The notes under the pieces were generated by a model. The model worked only from the letters and a program-made list of their open reading frames with translations. It made no database searches and was not told where the DNA came from. From contig NC_069004.1 in assembly GCF_001194135.2 (NCBI RefSeq), positions 33,188,021 through 33,235,486 of the forward strand: DNA of 47,466 nt, read 5' to 3'. Shown in pieces: positions 34,719-46,127 of the stretch. This stretch comes from Octopus bimaculoides (Eukaryota). Both the position numbers and the translations under genes were made by a program. Within the stretch, counting starts at the first letter, position 1. Every line of letters starts with the position of its first letter.

Positions 34719-35146
34719 CTGGGAAAATAAAAAAAGTAAAACATTTAAGAAATAGTGTGGTTGATAATGATGGTGATTGTTATGATGTTGACATATGATG
34801 GCTGTATGGCAACAGGTTCAATCCTGCTGCTTGTATCTTGGACAAATAGATTCTACACCAGCATCAAGTTGATCAGTGCCTTGGGAATGAAGTTTGGTAA
34901 ATGGAAACGATGAGAAAACTTATTACATATATCTAATTCTTCATCGTTATCATGGTTTTTCATGTCCACTCATCCATACTTGCATGGGCCAAAGAGATTT
35001 TTTATGGCTGAATGTCCAACCCGATGCCAACGCCTTTCTTGTTTTCAAGCAAAGTAAATATTCCTCACCACGGCCAAATATGCTTTCCATAAAAGACGGT
35101 GACACTTGTTTACACCCATCACACATACATACATCTATATCCATAT

Positions 35147-35298
35147 GCAGGCATGGCTGTGTGGTGAGAAACTTGCTTCCCAACCACATGGTTCCAGGTT
35201 CAGTCCTACTGTGTGGCACCTTAGGCAAGTGTCTTCTTTTATAGCATTGGGCCGACCAAAGCCTTGTGAAACTGAAAGAACCTCGTCATATATATGTA

Positions 35299-35335
<37 letters not shown>

Positions 35336-35570
35336 GTGTGTTTGTGTGTGTGTGTGTGTCTTTGTGTCTGTCCCCCACCACTGCTTGACAACCGGTGATG
35401 GTGTGTTTACATCCCCATAACTTAGCAGTTTGTCAAAAGAGACTGATTGATTAAGTACTAGGCTTCAAAAGTTAATAAGTCCTAGGGTGATTTATTCAAC
35501 TAAAACCCTTCAAGGTGGTGCCCCAGCATGGCCACAGTCAAATGACTAAAACAAGTAAAAAAATAAAAGA
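35147..35570 (+). mobile_element. Family A SINE, near full length
   Basis: gcatggctgtgtggtgagaaacttgcttcccaaccacatggttcc...cagcatggccacagtcaaatgactaaaacaagtaaaa. Confidence 0.85.
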
Positions 35571-35753
35571 TATACACACATACACAAAATGGGCTTCTTT
35601 CAGTTTTCATGTACCAGATCCACTGACAAGGCATTGGTAAGCCCAGGCCTATAGCATAAGATACTTGCCCAAGATGTCATGCCATGGAACAGAACTTGAT
35701 GTGTGCGTGTGTGTCAGAATCAGTTTTGCATTTTTCCTATTTATTCTTTGTAT

Positions 35754-35946
35754 TCTTTTACTTGTGTCAGTCTTTTGACTGCGGCCAAGCTGGAGCGCTG
35801 CCTTTAGTCAAGCAAATTGACCCCAGGACTTGGTTTTTGTAAGCCTAGTACTTATTCTATCGGTCTCTTTTGCCGAACTGCTAAGTTACATGGACATAAA
35901 CACACCAGCACCAGTTGTCAAGCGATGATGGGGGGAACAAACACAA

Positions 35947-35989
<43 letters not shown>

Positions 35990-36151
35990 CGATGGGCTTC
36001 TTTCAGTTTCCGTCTACCAAATCCACTCACATGGCTTTGGTCAGCCCGAGGCTGTAGTAGAAGACACTTGCCAAGGTGCCACGGAGTGGGACTGAACCTG
36101 GAACCATGTGGTTGGTAAGCGAGCTACTTACCACACTCCCGCTCTTGCGCC
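35754..36151 (-). mobile_element. Family A SINE, near full length
   Basis: Reverse complement of the same consensus. Further partial copies near 16125-16250(+), 21932-22080(+), 38960-39120(+), 43930-44240(-), 46440-46560(-), 46912-47070(+). Confidence 0.85.
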
Positions 36152-36198
36152 TGTATTTAACATTTCAACAACAAAGGAATAAAAAAAATGCTTCCTAC

Positions 36199-36262
36199 CT
36201 CGAGTAACTGGATCTTTTCTTTGACTGTCTGCTCATCACGGATTACAGGGGGTTTTCTCATG
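36199..36262 (-). CDS. PARP2: PARP2-like exon, helical regulatory domain
   Basis: gtccag| ... GAG|gtagga; MRKPPVIRDEQTVKEKIQLLE. Confidence 0.92.
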
Positions 36263-36682
36263 CTGGACACACATCAACACAACAGAATGAGTGAGACAGA
36301 TGGTTTCCATGGACAAATTCATTCACAACACATCAAAAAACAAAAAGAGAAAAACATAAATTCCATCTTCAAAGCAAGACAAGTTCAAGAGTGAAAAATT
36401 ATTCAATTCTATAAGCTAACTAAGTTGGGAAGAAGGAATGGTAAGTTCTCTGCAGGGTAATTGAGAACACTGTCACCAGAGGAATGGGAGACATGGTTGG
36501 AGATCCCAAGAGAAAAAACGCTTCTAGAATACACTCAAAGCCTCACTGAAGAGCTTTGGGATCAACCACGATATCTGGGAAATGCAAGCACAAGACTGTC
36601 TACCCTGCCTGGGTGGTTTAACTGCTATTTCTAGAAGATTGAATAACCACATAAAAGCTTTGAAAAATTCTTCTATACCTAC

Positions 36683-36821
36683 CCAAAAGTGTGTGGAATT
36701 CTTGTGTAAAATTCATCGCATGCTGAAGACAAGCTAGCACCAAAGTTCTTCTTTTCTATACAGGCAGCAATTTTTTTCAAAGCTTGGTAACCAGCTTGGA
36801 TCTGTTTCACCGTTAAACGAC
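36683..36821 (-). CDS. PARP2: PARP2-like exon, helical regulatory domain
   Basis: ttgctag| ... GG|gtaggt; RLTVKQIQAGYQALKKI...ACDEFYTRIPHTF. Confidence 0.93.
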
Positions 36822-37263
36822 CTAGCAAAGTTTAATTAAACAGATTAATTGTAAAGCTTCAAATTCAAAGCAGGGTTTTTGTTTACTAATTATTCTTTCA
36901 CATTGTTGTATCACAGACAGTTTTATCTTCTAGGTAAATGGTTCTCAACTGGGGTCAATATAAAATTTTAGGGGGTCCACACCAGCAAAATAGTAAATTG
37001 GGTAAACACAGAAGTATGTTAAGGGTTCATGAAAATATTTTGTTTTAGATGTNNNNNNNNNNNNNNNNNNNNNNNNNNNNNNNNNNNNNNNNNNNNNNNN
37101 NNNNNNNNNNNNNNNNNNNNNNNNNNNNNNCCTGGCTTTAAGGATATTGCAAAAAGCATGGTTGGAGGCCCAACCTTCTGAGTTATTTTAAAGGGCTTAA
37201 AAAAACTGAAGGACCACTGCAGTAGGTGTGTGAATCTGAGAGGGGAATAGGTTGAATCTTGTG

Positions 37264-37438
37264 CAGACAATTTGTTGACAGACAATTCACCGATTGGACA
37301 ATAAGTCGACATGCGGAAGTATCGATCATGGAGTTCATCAAAACAGAATGCTTCTATACAAAGGATATGTCTATATGTCTATATTGATAGAACCACAAAT
37401 TGTCCAATCGGTCAATTGTTCTGTCGGTCAACTGTCTG
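37264..37438. mobile_element. MITE with about 40-bp imperfect TIRs
   Basis: gacaattcaccgattggacaat versus attgtccaatcggtcaattgttc. Confidence 0.6.
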
Positions 37439-37913
37439 TCTACTTTATTGAATAAAATAATAATTAATTGATCCTCCTGTATTTTCTTTTACCCAAAGCC
37501 AAGAACTTTTTAGTGGAAAGCACTCATGGCTAATAGGTGTACATGTTAGGTAAACTTGTAAGATATCTACTATTAGAAATTCTTCAAACAGAGAAATATT
37601 CAATTCTCTGTCTGAAGAATTTCTGATAGTAGATATCTTACTTGTTTTCTATCGCATGTACCATTTTGTAACTCCCATAAGCAAATGAAATATGTGTAAT
37701 CATGAATAAGTAATACCAAACAATTTTCCAATCTCCTGTCATGATATAAATTACTCTGTAAGTAATTTTCAACTGTAATGTGTACCTCACATGAATACGA
37801 CATCTCCATATGGAATTGGAACAAGCTGATGTGCTTCAAGAAGACACAGCTTCGATTTTAACCCTACCTATGAATACACACACATACACAAATACATCAA
37901 CAACACAACTTAC

Positions 37914-37998
37914 CCAGTGGAGCTTTCTGTGCATCATATTTCATCTCAATGACCGTTTCTTTCATCGAATCAATGTCAGATATTAACTTTATCAATTT
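37914..37998 (-). CDS. PARP2: PARP2-like exon, helical regulatory domain
   Basis: ttgcag| ... G|gtaagt; KLIKLISDIDSMKETVIEMKYDAQKAPL. Confidence 0.93.
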
Positions 37999-38203
37999 CT
38001 GCAACAGAACATTGATAAAGTAACTTAGAAACAGAACATGGATAATGTAGCTTACAGACAGAACATGGATAAAGTAACATAACACAGTGACAGGACATAG
38101 ACAGTGTTGCCTATAGTGTAAGAGTAGACAGAACAACATTGTTTGTGGTGAAAGAAAAAGAGAGATGGGGAGGGGGGACTTACAGAAGGAAAATGAAACT
38201 TAC

Positions 38204-38287
38204 TTGCAGAGAGGGGTCAAGTTTGGAGTCAGGAACTTTGCAGACACTTTCTTTTTTCGTATTATTCCCATCAACATCATCTTTTCC
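38204..38287 (-). CDS. PARP2: PARP2-like exon, linker
   Basis: tgttag| ... CAA|gtaagt; GKDDVDGNNTKKESVCKVPDSKLDPSLQ. Confidence 0.88.
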
Positions 38288-38547
38288 CTAACAAAAATAA
38301 AAAGCACATCATTTATTATGTCTGTCTATTTAATTGCTGCCACCACCATCATCATCATCATTGTTGTCTGTCTACTTTCCATGCTAAGCTGGATTGGTCA
38401 CCATGGACTGATGACCAATTCTTAATGGAAGTTGCATCTCCCATAGACTGGTGCTTAGACATGTGCTTCAGTTTGTTTTATATACACATACATGGTTGAA
38501 GATGGAAAAATGGTGTTAAATCACTTGCAGCATTTGAACAGCATCAA

Positions 38548-38583
<36 letters not shown>

Positions 38584-38773
38584 CATATATATGTTATGAC
38601 GTTGTTCATATATACATATATCATCATCATCATCATCATTTAACACATATATAAAGAATGGGAAAATGGATATAAGAACAAACAAGCAGAAACTTTATCT
38701 GAACACCTGTAATTAATGGTTCAGTGTGATGAGAGGAATCTAAGGTAATCATCAGTTGTTAATTAATATATAC

Positions 38774-38870
38774 CTGAGTACTGTAATCCATTTGAATCAG
38801 ATCATATTTTCCTGAGACTTGTTTAAATTTGTGTCGTTCACTCCAATCGTTTTTTGTCTTATCGTGAAAT
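38774..38870 (-). CDS. PARP2: PARP2-like exon, WGR end
   Basis: ctttcag| ... CAG|gtatat; FHDKTKNDWSERHKFKQVSGKYDLIQMDYSTQ. Confidence 0.93.
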
Positions 38871-39628
38871 CTGAAAGAAAAGGAACGAAAATGTTCAACC
38901 GTGCAGGAATGAATGAAACACAACAGAAGAAGTACTTAATATAGATGTGTTACAGATGAAAGAACAGCTATGTGGTAAAAAGTTTGTTTTGTAACCACGT
39001 GGTTTCGGGTTCAGTCCCACTGTGTGGCACCTTAGGCAAGGGTCTGCTACTACAGACCCAGGATGACCAAGTCCTTGAGTGAATTTGCTAACGGAGATTA
39101 AAAGAATCCTGTCACACACATATACAGGTGTTGCTGCCATGTATAAAGTACCCAGTACACTCGATAAAGTTGTTGGTATTAGAAACGGTATCCAACCATA
39201 AAAAACATGTTAAATCAGACAGAACTTATTAAATATTGAAACACCTTTGTGACTTTTGGCCCACCCTGCATAACCAATTTATTGCTCAGAAATTTTAACA
39301 ACAAAATCTTACATGGACCCTAAAGGTGTTAGAGGGAGTGACCCCCACAAAAGGTGCATTATTACATAGTAGGAGTCTTCATGAACCTATATTATTGTTA
39401 GCAGGAATATTATTCCATTTGTAGGAAGATTCACAATGGTGCCAAGATCATGTTATGTTAGGAAAAGAGAAATTCACAAAAGATGTCTTACGTTAATGAT
39501 GACCTTGTGATTAAAGTATTGTACTGAAGCTCACAAGATCATGGGTTCAATTCCCAGATCAGGCAGTGCATTGTGTTCTTAAGTAAATACGTGGCTGAGT
39601 AGTGTTTGAAGAGTGATGGGTTACTTAC

Positions 39629-39801
39629 TTTTTGGTGAACACATCGATGGCATTGTTTAAGTCTAAGGCACAGTCTATAAGATTGGTCTGGCCCTTGTAT
39701 CCAACGCGGCCCCATCGCAGCCACACGTAGTAGTGACGACTGTTGTCTTGTTGCAGAAGTTGGATCAAATAGAACTTGTTGTTGTTGTTGAGTGCATTGG
39801 T
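39629..39801 (-). CDS. PARP2: PARP2-like exon, WGR core
   Basis: ctgtag| ... AA|gtaagt; TNALNNNNKFYLIQLL...YYVWLRWGRVGYKGQ. Confidence 0.95.
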
Positions 39802-39994
39802 CTACAGAAAAAAAGAAGGACGTAAGTTGAACTGCCTGGATGTATAAGACATACATACATACATACGAGGGTGAGTCAAAAAGTAATGCCATTTTGTTTA
39901 GGACACACCCCCACCTTCCAGATCAAACTGCAGTCTTATTGATGGCTACTATTTCTAGCATAAAATACAAATAAACGAGAAATTTGAACCCTAC

Positions 39995-40107
39995 CTGGTT
40001 AAGCATACAGTCCCAGACATCATTTCCTTGGGTATAAACATGGACACGACCCAATAAAGGACACTCATCGTCTACTGACGCCATTCCTCTGACCACCACT
40101 GTCTTGA
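39995..40107 (-). CDS. PARP2: PARP2-like exon, WGR domain start
   Basis: ttccag| ... CAG|gtaggg; KTVVVRGMASVDDECPLLGRVHVYTQGNDVWDCMLNQ. Confidence 0.92.
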
Positions 40108-41568
40108 CTGGAATATAAATTAACCGTTTTATTACGAGCAATCTAAGAAATCATTTGTAAGAAACCAGAAGAATAGTAACAGAGAATTACACAAAACGTA
40201 TGACATTGCAGTAAATATTGTAACCCTTTAGTATATTCAGATTATTCTATTAAATGTAATCTTTATTTATTCCCATTGTTTTAAATTAAGCAAGCATTAT
40301 GTTGCAACTTCAAGATTTCAATGATGTGAGTGTATATTTTTTTCAATGACATTGTAGGGTAAGTGTAAGAGGCCAGATGTTGACAGTTCCAACATAAAAC
40401 AGCAAAGCATTTTGTCCCACACACTCATGATTCTGCCAGCTCATCACAATAATAATAATAATAATAATAATGATAAAAATGGTTTCAAATTTTCACACAA
40501 GGCCAGCAGTTTTTGGGGGAGGACTTAAGTCGATTAAATCAGCCCCAGTGTTCAACTGGTACTTATATCAACCCCAAAAGGATGAAAGGCAAAGTTGACT
40601 CCAGTGGAATTTGAACTCAGAACATAAAGATGGACGAAATGCCACTAAGCCTTTTGCACAGCATGCTAACGAGTCTGCCAGATTGCCACCTTAATCATCA
40701 TCATCATCATCATCATCGTTTAACGTCCGCTTTCCATGCTAGCATGGGTTGGACGATTTGACTGATGAAACCGGATGGCAACACCAGGCTCCAGTCTGAT
40801 TTGGCAGAGTTTCTACACCTGGATGCCCTAATAATAATAATCTTTTCTACTATAGGCACAAGGCCTGAAATTTTGGTGGAGGCAGGATAAGTCGATTTCA
40901 TCAACCCCAAAAGGATGAAAGGTAAAATCGACTTTGGCAGAATTTGAACTCAGAATGNNNNNNNNNNNNNNNNNNNNNNNNNNNNNNNNNNNNNNNNNNN
41001 NNNNNNNNNNNNNNNNNNNNNNNNNNNNNNNNNNNNNNNNNNNNNNNNNNNNNNNNNNNNNNNNNNNNNNNNNNNNNNNNNNNNNNNNNNNNNNNNNNNN
41101 NNNNNNNNNNNNNNNNNNNNNNNNNNNNNNNNNNNNNNNNNNNNNNNNNNNNNNNNNNGCTTGACGAGCACTTGTTTTATTGACCTCGAAAGGACGAAAA
41201 GCAAAATCGACCTCAGCAGAATTCGAGCTTAAAATGCAAAAACAAACGAAATGCCACTCGTGTCCCAGTTGATCCAATCAACGGAACAGCCTGCTTGTGA
41301 AATTGATGTAGTCTGCAGGATGATTCAGCAGGACATAAAATATGAAACGGTTGGCACTTCTGAGTTACAGGTACATCTCATTTTTCCCAGCTGGGTGGAC
41401 TGCAGCAACATGAAATAAAGTGTCTTGCTCAAGGACACAACACGCTGCCAGGAATTGAACTCACGATCTTATGATCCTGAGCCGAACACCCTAACCACTG
41501 AGCCATGTGCAAAAAAGTAATGACGTAAGTAATCTGGAGCTAAAGAGTTTAGAAGGGAGACTACTTAC

Positions 41569-41790
41569 TTTTCTTCTTGTCTTCATTGCTGTGACCATTC
41601 TCTTCAGGACATTCCTTCTTCACTTTGTCCGCAGACTGAGTACAGGGTTTACCACTTTTCTTGCGGTTCGTCGTCGCCTGCGACTGTGTTGCATTCGTCT
41701 TACGACCATTCCGACTGCTGGCGCTACTACTAGTACTGCTATTACAAGAGTTATCTACCGTGTCGTCTGAAGTCGATGACGAAGCTCCAC
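41569..41790 (-). CDS. PARP2: PARP2-like exon, Ser/Lys-rich linker
   Basis: ttccacag| ... A|gtaagt; phase 1-1; GASSSTSDD...TNRKKSGK...NEDKKK. Confidence 0.8.
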
Positions 41791-42827
41791 CTGTGGAATG
41801 GAAGAGACAGACGTATTCTTTCACTGGTTTCCATTAGCAAACTGGGACCATGCCAGGGACCTCCAGCAAGTGTGTGTCATACAGAAGGAGTTATTAATAA
41901 GGGATTATCAATCTGGACAAAACACTTCAGAAGCTCCTAATACAAATACACCAGGCTAACAAAAAAGACACCTTTCAACTCTATGCTTTCTAAACTCATT
42001 TGTTAAACACTTTACAGTTTATGCTGGGTGCACCCACACCAGAGAGGTTGTGTTGCTCACTAGTCACTGGTGATTAATCATTTGAGGTACTTACTTAAGG
42101 ACTTTTCAATCCTATCATTGCTTTTTCCTGAGTCCTGGAAGATCTGAGTTTTATTTCTTCTTTGTTTTTGATTCATTTTCTAGTGAGGGGGAGACAGGAC
42201 TTGAACTTGGAGCATGCAAATCTTTAAGATTCCATGGGGCATCTCATCTAATGCAAAAGAGTGGTTGGCTTTAGGAAAAGTATCTAGCTATAGAGACCCT
42301 GTCAAAGTGGACACTGGAGTTCAATGAAATTTTTGGACCATCAGATCCTGTTAAATCTTGGAGTGTATTTAATGATCCCAGAAGAATAAAAGGATAAGGC
42401 CAGCCATGGCTAGATTTGAACCAGGAATGCAAGAAACTGAAATAACCCAAGGCACTCTACCCAATGAAAAGAAAAGGGGGGGGGAGTAGTTACAGCTGGA
42501 ATACTCTTCATCATGAGTCTGCTGGATCAAGATATACATCAACATCTGTTTACTGCAACATTATAAAAGGTTTTGACTATTCCCTTGTCCTGTGTATCAC
42601 ATCTGATGACCCACCAGACATATTTCCCCGGTGTCCATGCATGATACATGATACACATCCCCAATTTCTTTCAACCCCCAGAATATTTGGGGATTTCTGA
42701 AAAGAAAGTTTTATAAAATGCCCAGAACATGAAACAAGGAATAACTAAAAGTCTGAAACAAACATGGATGCTTAGGACAAATTTGTAAAAATTACTTTGG
42801 ACAGGCAAATGGTTTAAGTTGACATAC

Positions 42828-43034
42828 TTTTAATTCTTTGCACTGACGAGATGACATTGTCCACTTCGTTTGACTGCTTCAGCGTCTGAAGGTCAATTAG
42901 GAATGATTGATTACTTGTTACAATGTCTACTGTTGGCACCGACTTCCTGAAAGCCTTCTCCAATGCCAGACTGGATGGGATACAGTATGTTTGCCATGTT
43001 CCATTCTTAGCCTGCCACTGCCAAGAGTAGTATT
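42828..43034 (-). CDS. PARP2: PARP2-like exon, WWE domain 2
   Basis: ttcaag| ... A|gtatgt; YYSWQWQAKNGTWQTYCIPSSLALEKAF...FLIDLQTLKQSN...VQRIK. Confidence 0.85.
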
Positions 43035-43103
43035 CTTGAAAGTAAAGAAACAAAATATCAAAACATGTAAATAACAGAAATAAGAAAGAAAAAAAAAGTT
43101 TAA

Positions 43104-43586
43104 CCCATTTGGTGCCATCTTGCTTGAGACTAACCTTGGTTTTACAATAAATTAAATCTTTCCATTAAAATTTCATGTTAATTTTACGTTCTAAATTCCA
43201 GCTTAATAACGACAAAGTTATTTTACTAATTTCTTTATTATTTTCAAAATTAAGTAAAACAAAGGCAATGAATTTCAATAGATATTTGGTAACAAAAAGA
43301 ATTAAAGTGATCGAAATTAAACTTCCTTCAAGACTTCATGTTACAAACTCCAGCTTTTCCTAAATTCTTCAAAATTGCAACTGAAGCAATGTATTTCAAC
43401 AGAAACATGTTAAAAAAAAGAGCTAAAGTGATCTAAATTAAAACCTTCCATAGAAATTACATGTTAATTTATGTTCCAAACACCATCTTAATAAATGACA
43501 AAGTTATTTTACTAAATTCCTCATTATTTTCAAAATTAATTTAAACAAAGACAGGGTATTTCAACAGAAATACGATGTCAAAAGGA
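43104..43586. mobile_element. TTAA-flanked AT-rich element with internally iterated end motif (piggyBac-like MITE array)
   Basis: TTAA at 43100-43103 and 43587-43590; unit aagttattttactaa...atttcaacagaaa repeated; reverse-strand relatives at about 17160-17345 and 18140-18550. Confidence 0.65.
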
Positions 43587-44344
43587 TTAAGATGTTTGTG
43601 TTTGTGTAACTACAACACGAGACCAGATACATGTGCAGTGCTGTAGATTGTACATCAGTTTTGAAGAACATCAGCAGCTAATCAGATCTTCGATTCTTCA
43701 AGAAAAAGTCTAGTTTTTGGAGAACAAGTTTGATAATGTTATATTTGTGTGAGGCTTATATCAATGCAAAGTTGCTATGAAGGATCATCAGGGACATATC
43801 TGTAACTCCACCTTACACATACGGTGGGGCTTGATCGGTGTCTATATAAAGGGAGTTTCTGTGTTTGAAGATATGAGCAGAGTATTATACCACTATGTTT
43901 AATGTACATGCGATGTGAGTGTATCTTTATTTTTTCCTTGCTTCAGTCATCAGCCTGTAGCCATGCTGGAGCATTGCCTTGACCGATTTAGGGAAACTAA
44001 TCGGCCCTGGTGCTTTTTCTATCAGTTTCTTTTGCTGAACTGCTAAGTTACAGGAACGTAAACAAACCATCAATGGTTGTCAAGCAATAGTGGTGAATAA
44101 ACAGAGAGAGAGATACAAGGGGCTTCTTTCAGTTTCTGCTTACCAAATCCACTCACAAAGCTTTGGTCAGCGTAAGGCTACAGTAAAAGACACTTGACAA
44201 AAGTGCCACACAGTGGGACTGAACCTGGAACCAAATGTCTTGCCAAACAGTCATGCTAAGAGGCACACACACACACACAAATAGGATAAGAGAGTCTAAG
44301 AAAATACAAAATGTATTGGTTTGAGGTTAAGGTTATAAACTGAC

Positions 44345-44471
44345 CTTTATCTTTTTCATCCTGGAAACAACAGCGAATCCGTCCCTGACGGACTGGTTTG
44401 TTTGCTGTCTTCTGAATGAGATGGTCTAATGATATCAGCAGCTTTCGTCCTGAGTTATCTGTGACTTCAAC
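44345..44471 (-). CDS. PARP2: PARP2-like exon, end of WWE domain 1
   Basis: caacag| ... G|gtcagt; VEVTDNSGRKLLISLDHLIQKTANKPVRQGRIRCCFQDEKDK. Confidence 0.78.
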
Positions 44472-44852
44472 CTGTTGTTGTTGTTGATGAAAACATTTAA
44501 AAATAAAAAAAATTTTATTATCAATTGTTGTTACCACCACCACCACCACCACCCCATACTTAACTACCCACCCAAACAATACTATCATCATCATGACCAC
44601 ACCCATTACTGTTTTTTTTTTTTTTATCTGACATCATCAGCATCATCGTTTAACGTCTGCTTTCCATGCTGGTATGGGTTGGATGGTTTGACTGGGGACT
44701 GGCAAGCACGGAAAAGTGGACATTAAAGTGATGATGGATGGATAGTTAGATAGATAGATAGACAGACAGACAGATAGAGAGAACACTTGATGAAAGACCT
44801 GCTGAGAGTCAACATGGAAGTAACAAAAACATAAAAAAGCAAACAAGCTTAC

Positions 44853-45040
44853 TTCGGTGTCACCACCATTATAGCGGTCAGTCAACTGTTCAGAAATACT
44901 GTCAGAATGAGGCAACCATTTGCCAGAATCTTCATAATCCCACCTTACTGTGAATCCATCAATCTCAGGTAACATATCCACGGGAATGGATATTGTTTTC
45001 GCTCGTTTAAACGAAGTTCCATTGCTGTTACTGGAATTTG
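44853..45040 (-). CDS. PARP2: PARP2-like exon, start of WWE domain 1
   Basis: ttattcag| ... GAA|gtaagc; NSSNSNGTSFKRAKTISIPVDMLPEIDGFTVRWDYEDSGKWLPHSDSISEQLTDRYNGGDTE. First in-exon in-frame ATG at 44975. Confidence 0.8.
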
Positions 45041-46127
45041 CTGAATAAAAGAAGCAAAAAAGAAACATTTTTTGGGTGGAGTGGAACCAAATACAAAGAA
45101 ATCATTCCTCATACCTATTCTTGACCAAAATCACTGACACTGGAGAACATTATGGCAGCTACTTTATTCCAAGAATGTCAGAGGAATGGACTCCAGTCTG
45201 CCCATGTAAACCAGCTTGGAGGGGATGGTAAATATGGTGACAGCATCGAGGTATCATCCTTATCATTTAACATCCATTTTCCATGCGGGCATGGGTTGGA
45301 CGGTTTGACAACGTCCAATGAGTCACAGAGGTACATCAGGCCCTGATGTCCGCCTTGGCATGGTTTCTACACTTGGATGCACTTCCTAATGCTGACCACT
45401 CTACAGAATGTACTGGGTACTTTTTTTTTTTTGTGACACTGGCACCAGAGAGGTCACCAAAGAACTTGCAAGGCAAAGTAAAGAAAAGGAAAAGTTTGCT
45501 TTGATTGAGTGGAAAGTGTATTTGAGGGAAGGTGGAGGGTGGGGTAAATAAAAGACATTTTACAGATTCTGATGATGAGAGTATTTCTGCCCAATCTACA
45601 GAATCTCTCAGAAACGGAGCTAAAAAGACTCCTGAGAATCAAAGAGAGAACCAACCAATTACTTCAACTCTAGATGGAAACATTTACACAAAAATAGAAT
45701 GAAGTGGCAAGAATTTCCAAGTGTTCTGAAGCCAGGCCACAGAATTGTGTATTGGGATTCTTCATCATCAGGTACCAACCATTCTCGGCATTTTGAATAT
45801 CGTGGATCGCCACATATAAGAAGCATTGGTGGTGGTGCCACATGAAAAGGACCGGTGCTGGTGCCACGTAAAAAGCACTGGTGCCACATAAAGAGCATTG
45901 GTACTGGTACCACATAAAAAGTGCTGGTGCTATGAAAAAAAAACACCCAGTACACTGTTTGAAGTGGGTGGTGTTAGGAAGGGCATCCAGCCATAGAAAC
46001 CATGCCAAATCAGGCAATCGATGTGGGCCCCTGTCAAGCCGTCCAACCCATGCCAGCATGGAAAATGGATATCAAATGATGATTACGATGACCCTTGGTC
46101 CTACTCATGTTCTCCTTGTCCACTCAC

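Larger units (their letters stand above)
31088..45040 (-). other. PARP2: Poly(ADP-ribose) polymerase 2-like gene with N-terminal tandem WWE domains
   Basis: 17 GT-AG exons, 2234 coding nt, phases consistent. WGR (WLRWGRVG), helical domain (KAPLGRLT...EFYTRIPH), catalytic WHGS / [15 protein letters not shown] / YNEY. MSSK and CFA motifs are PARP2-type. The start codon is uncertain. Confidence 0.92.

Noticed and set aside
45560-45830. Exon-like plus-strand frames (DSDDESISAQ..., KWQEFPSVLKPG...)
   Set aside because: Short, in different frames, no recognisable homology and no partner exons.
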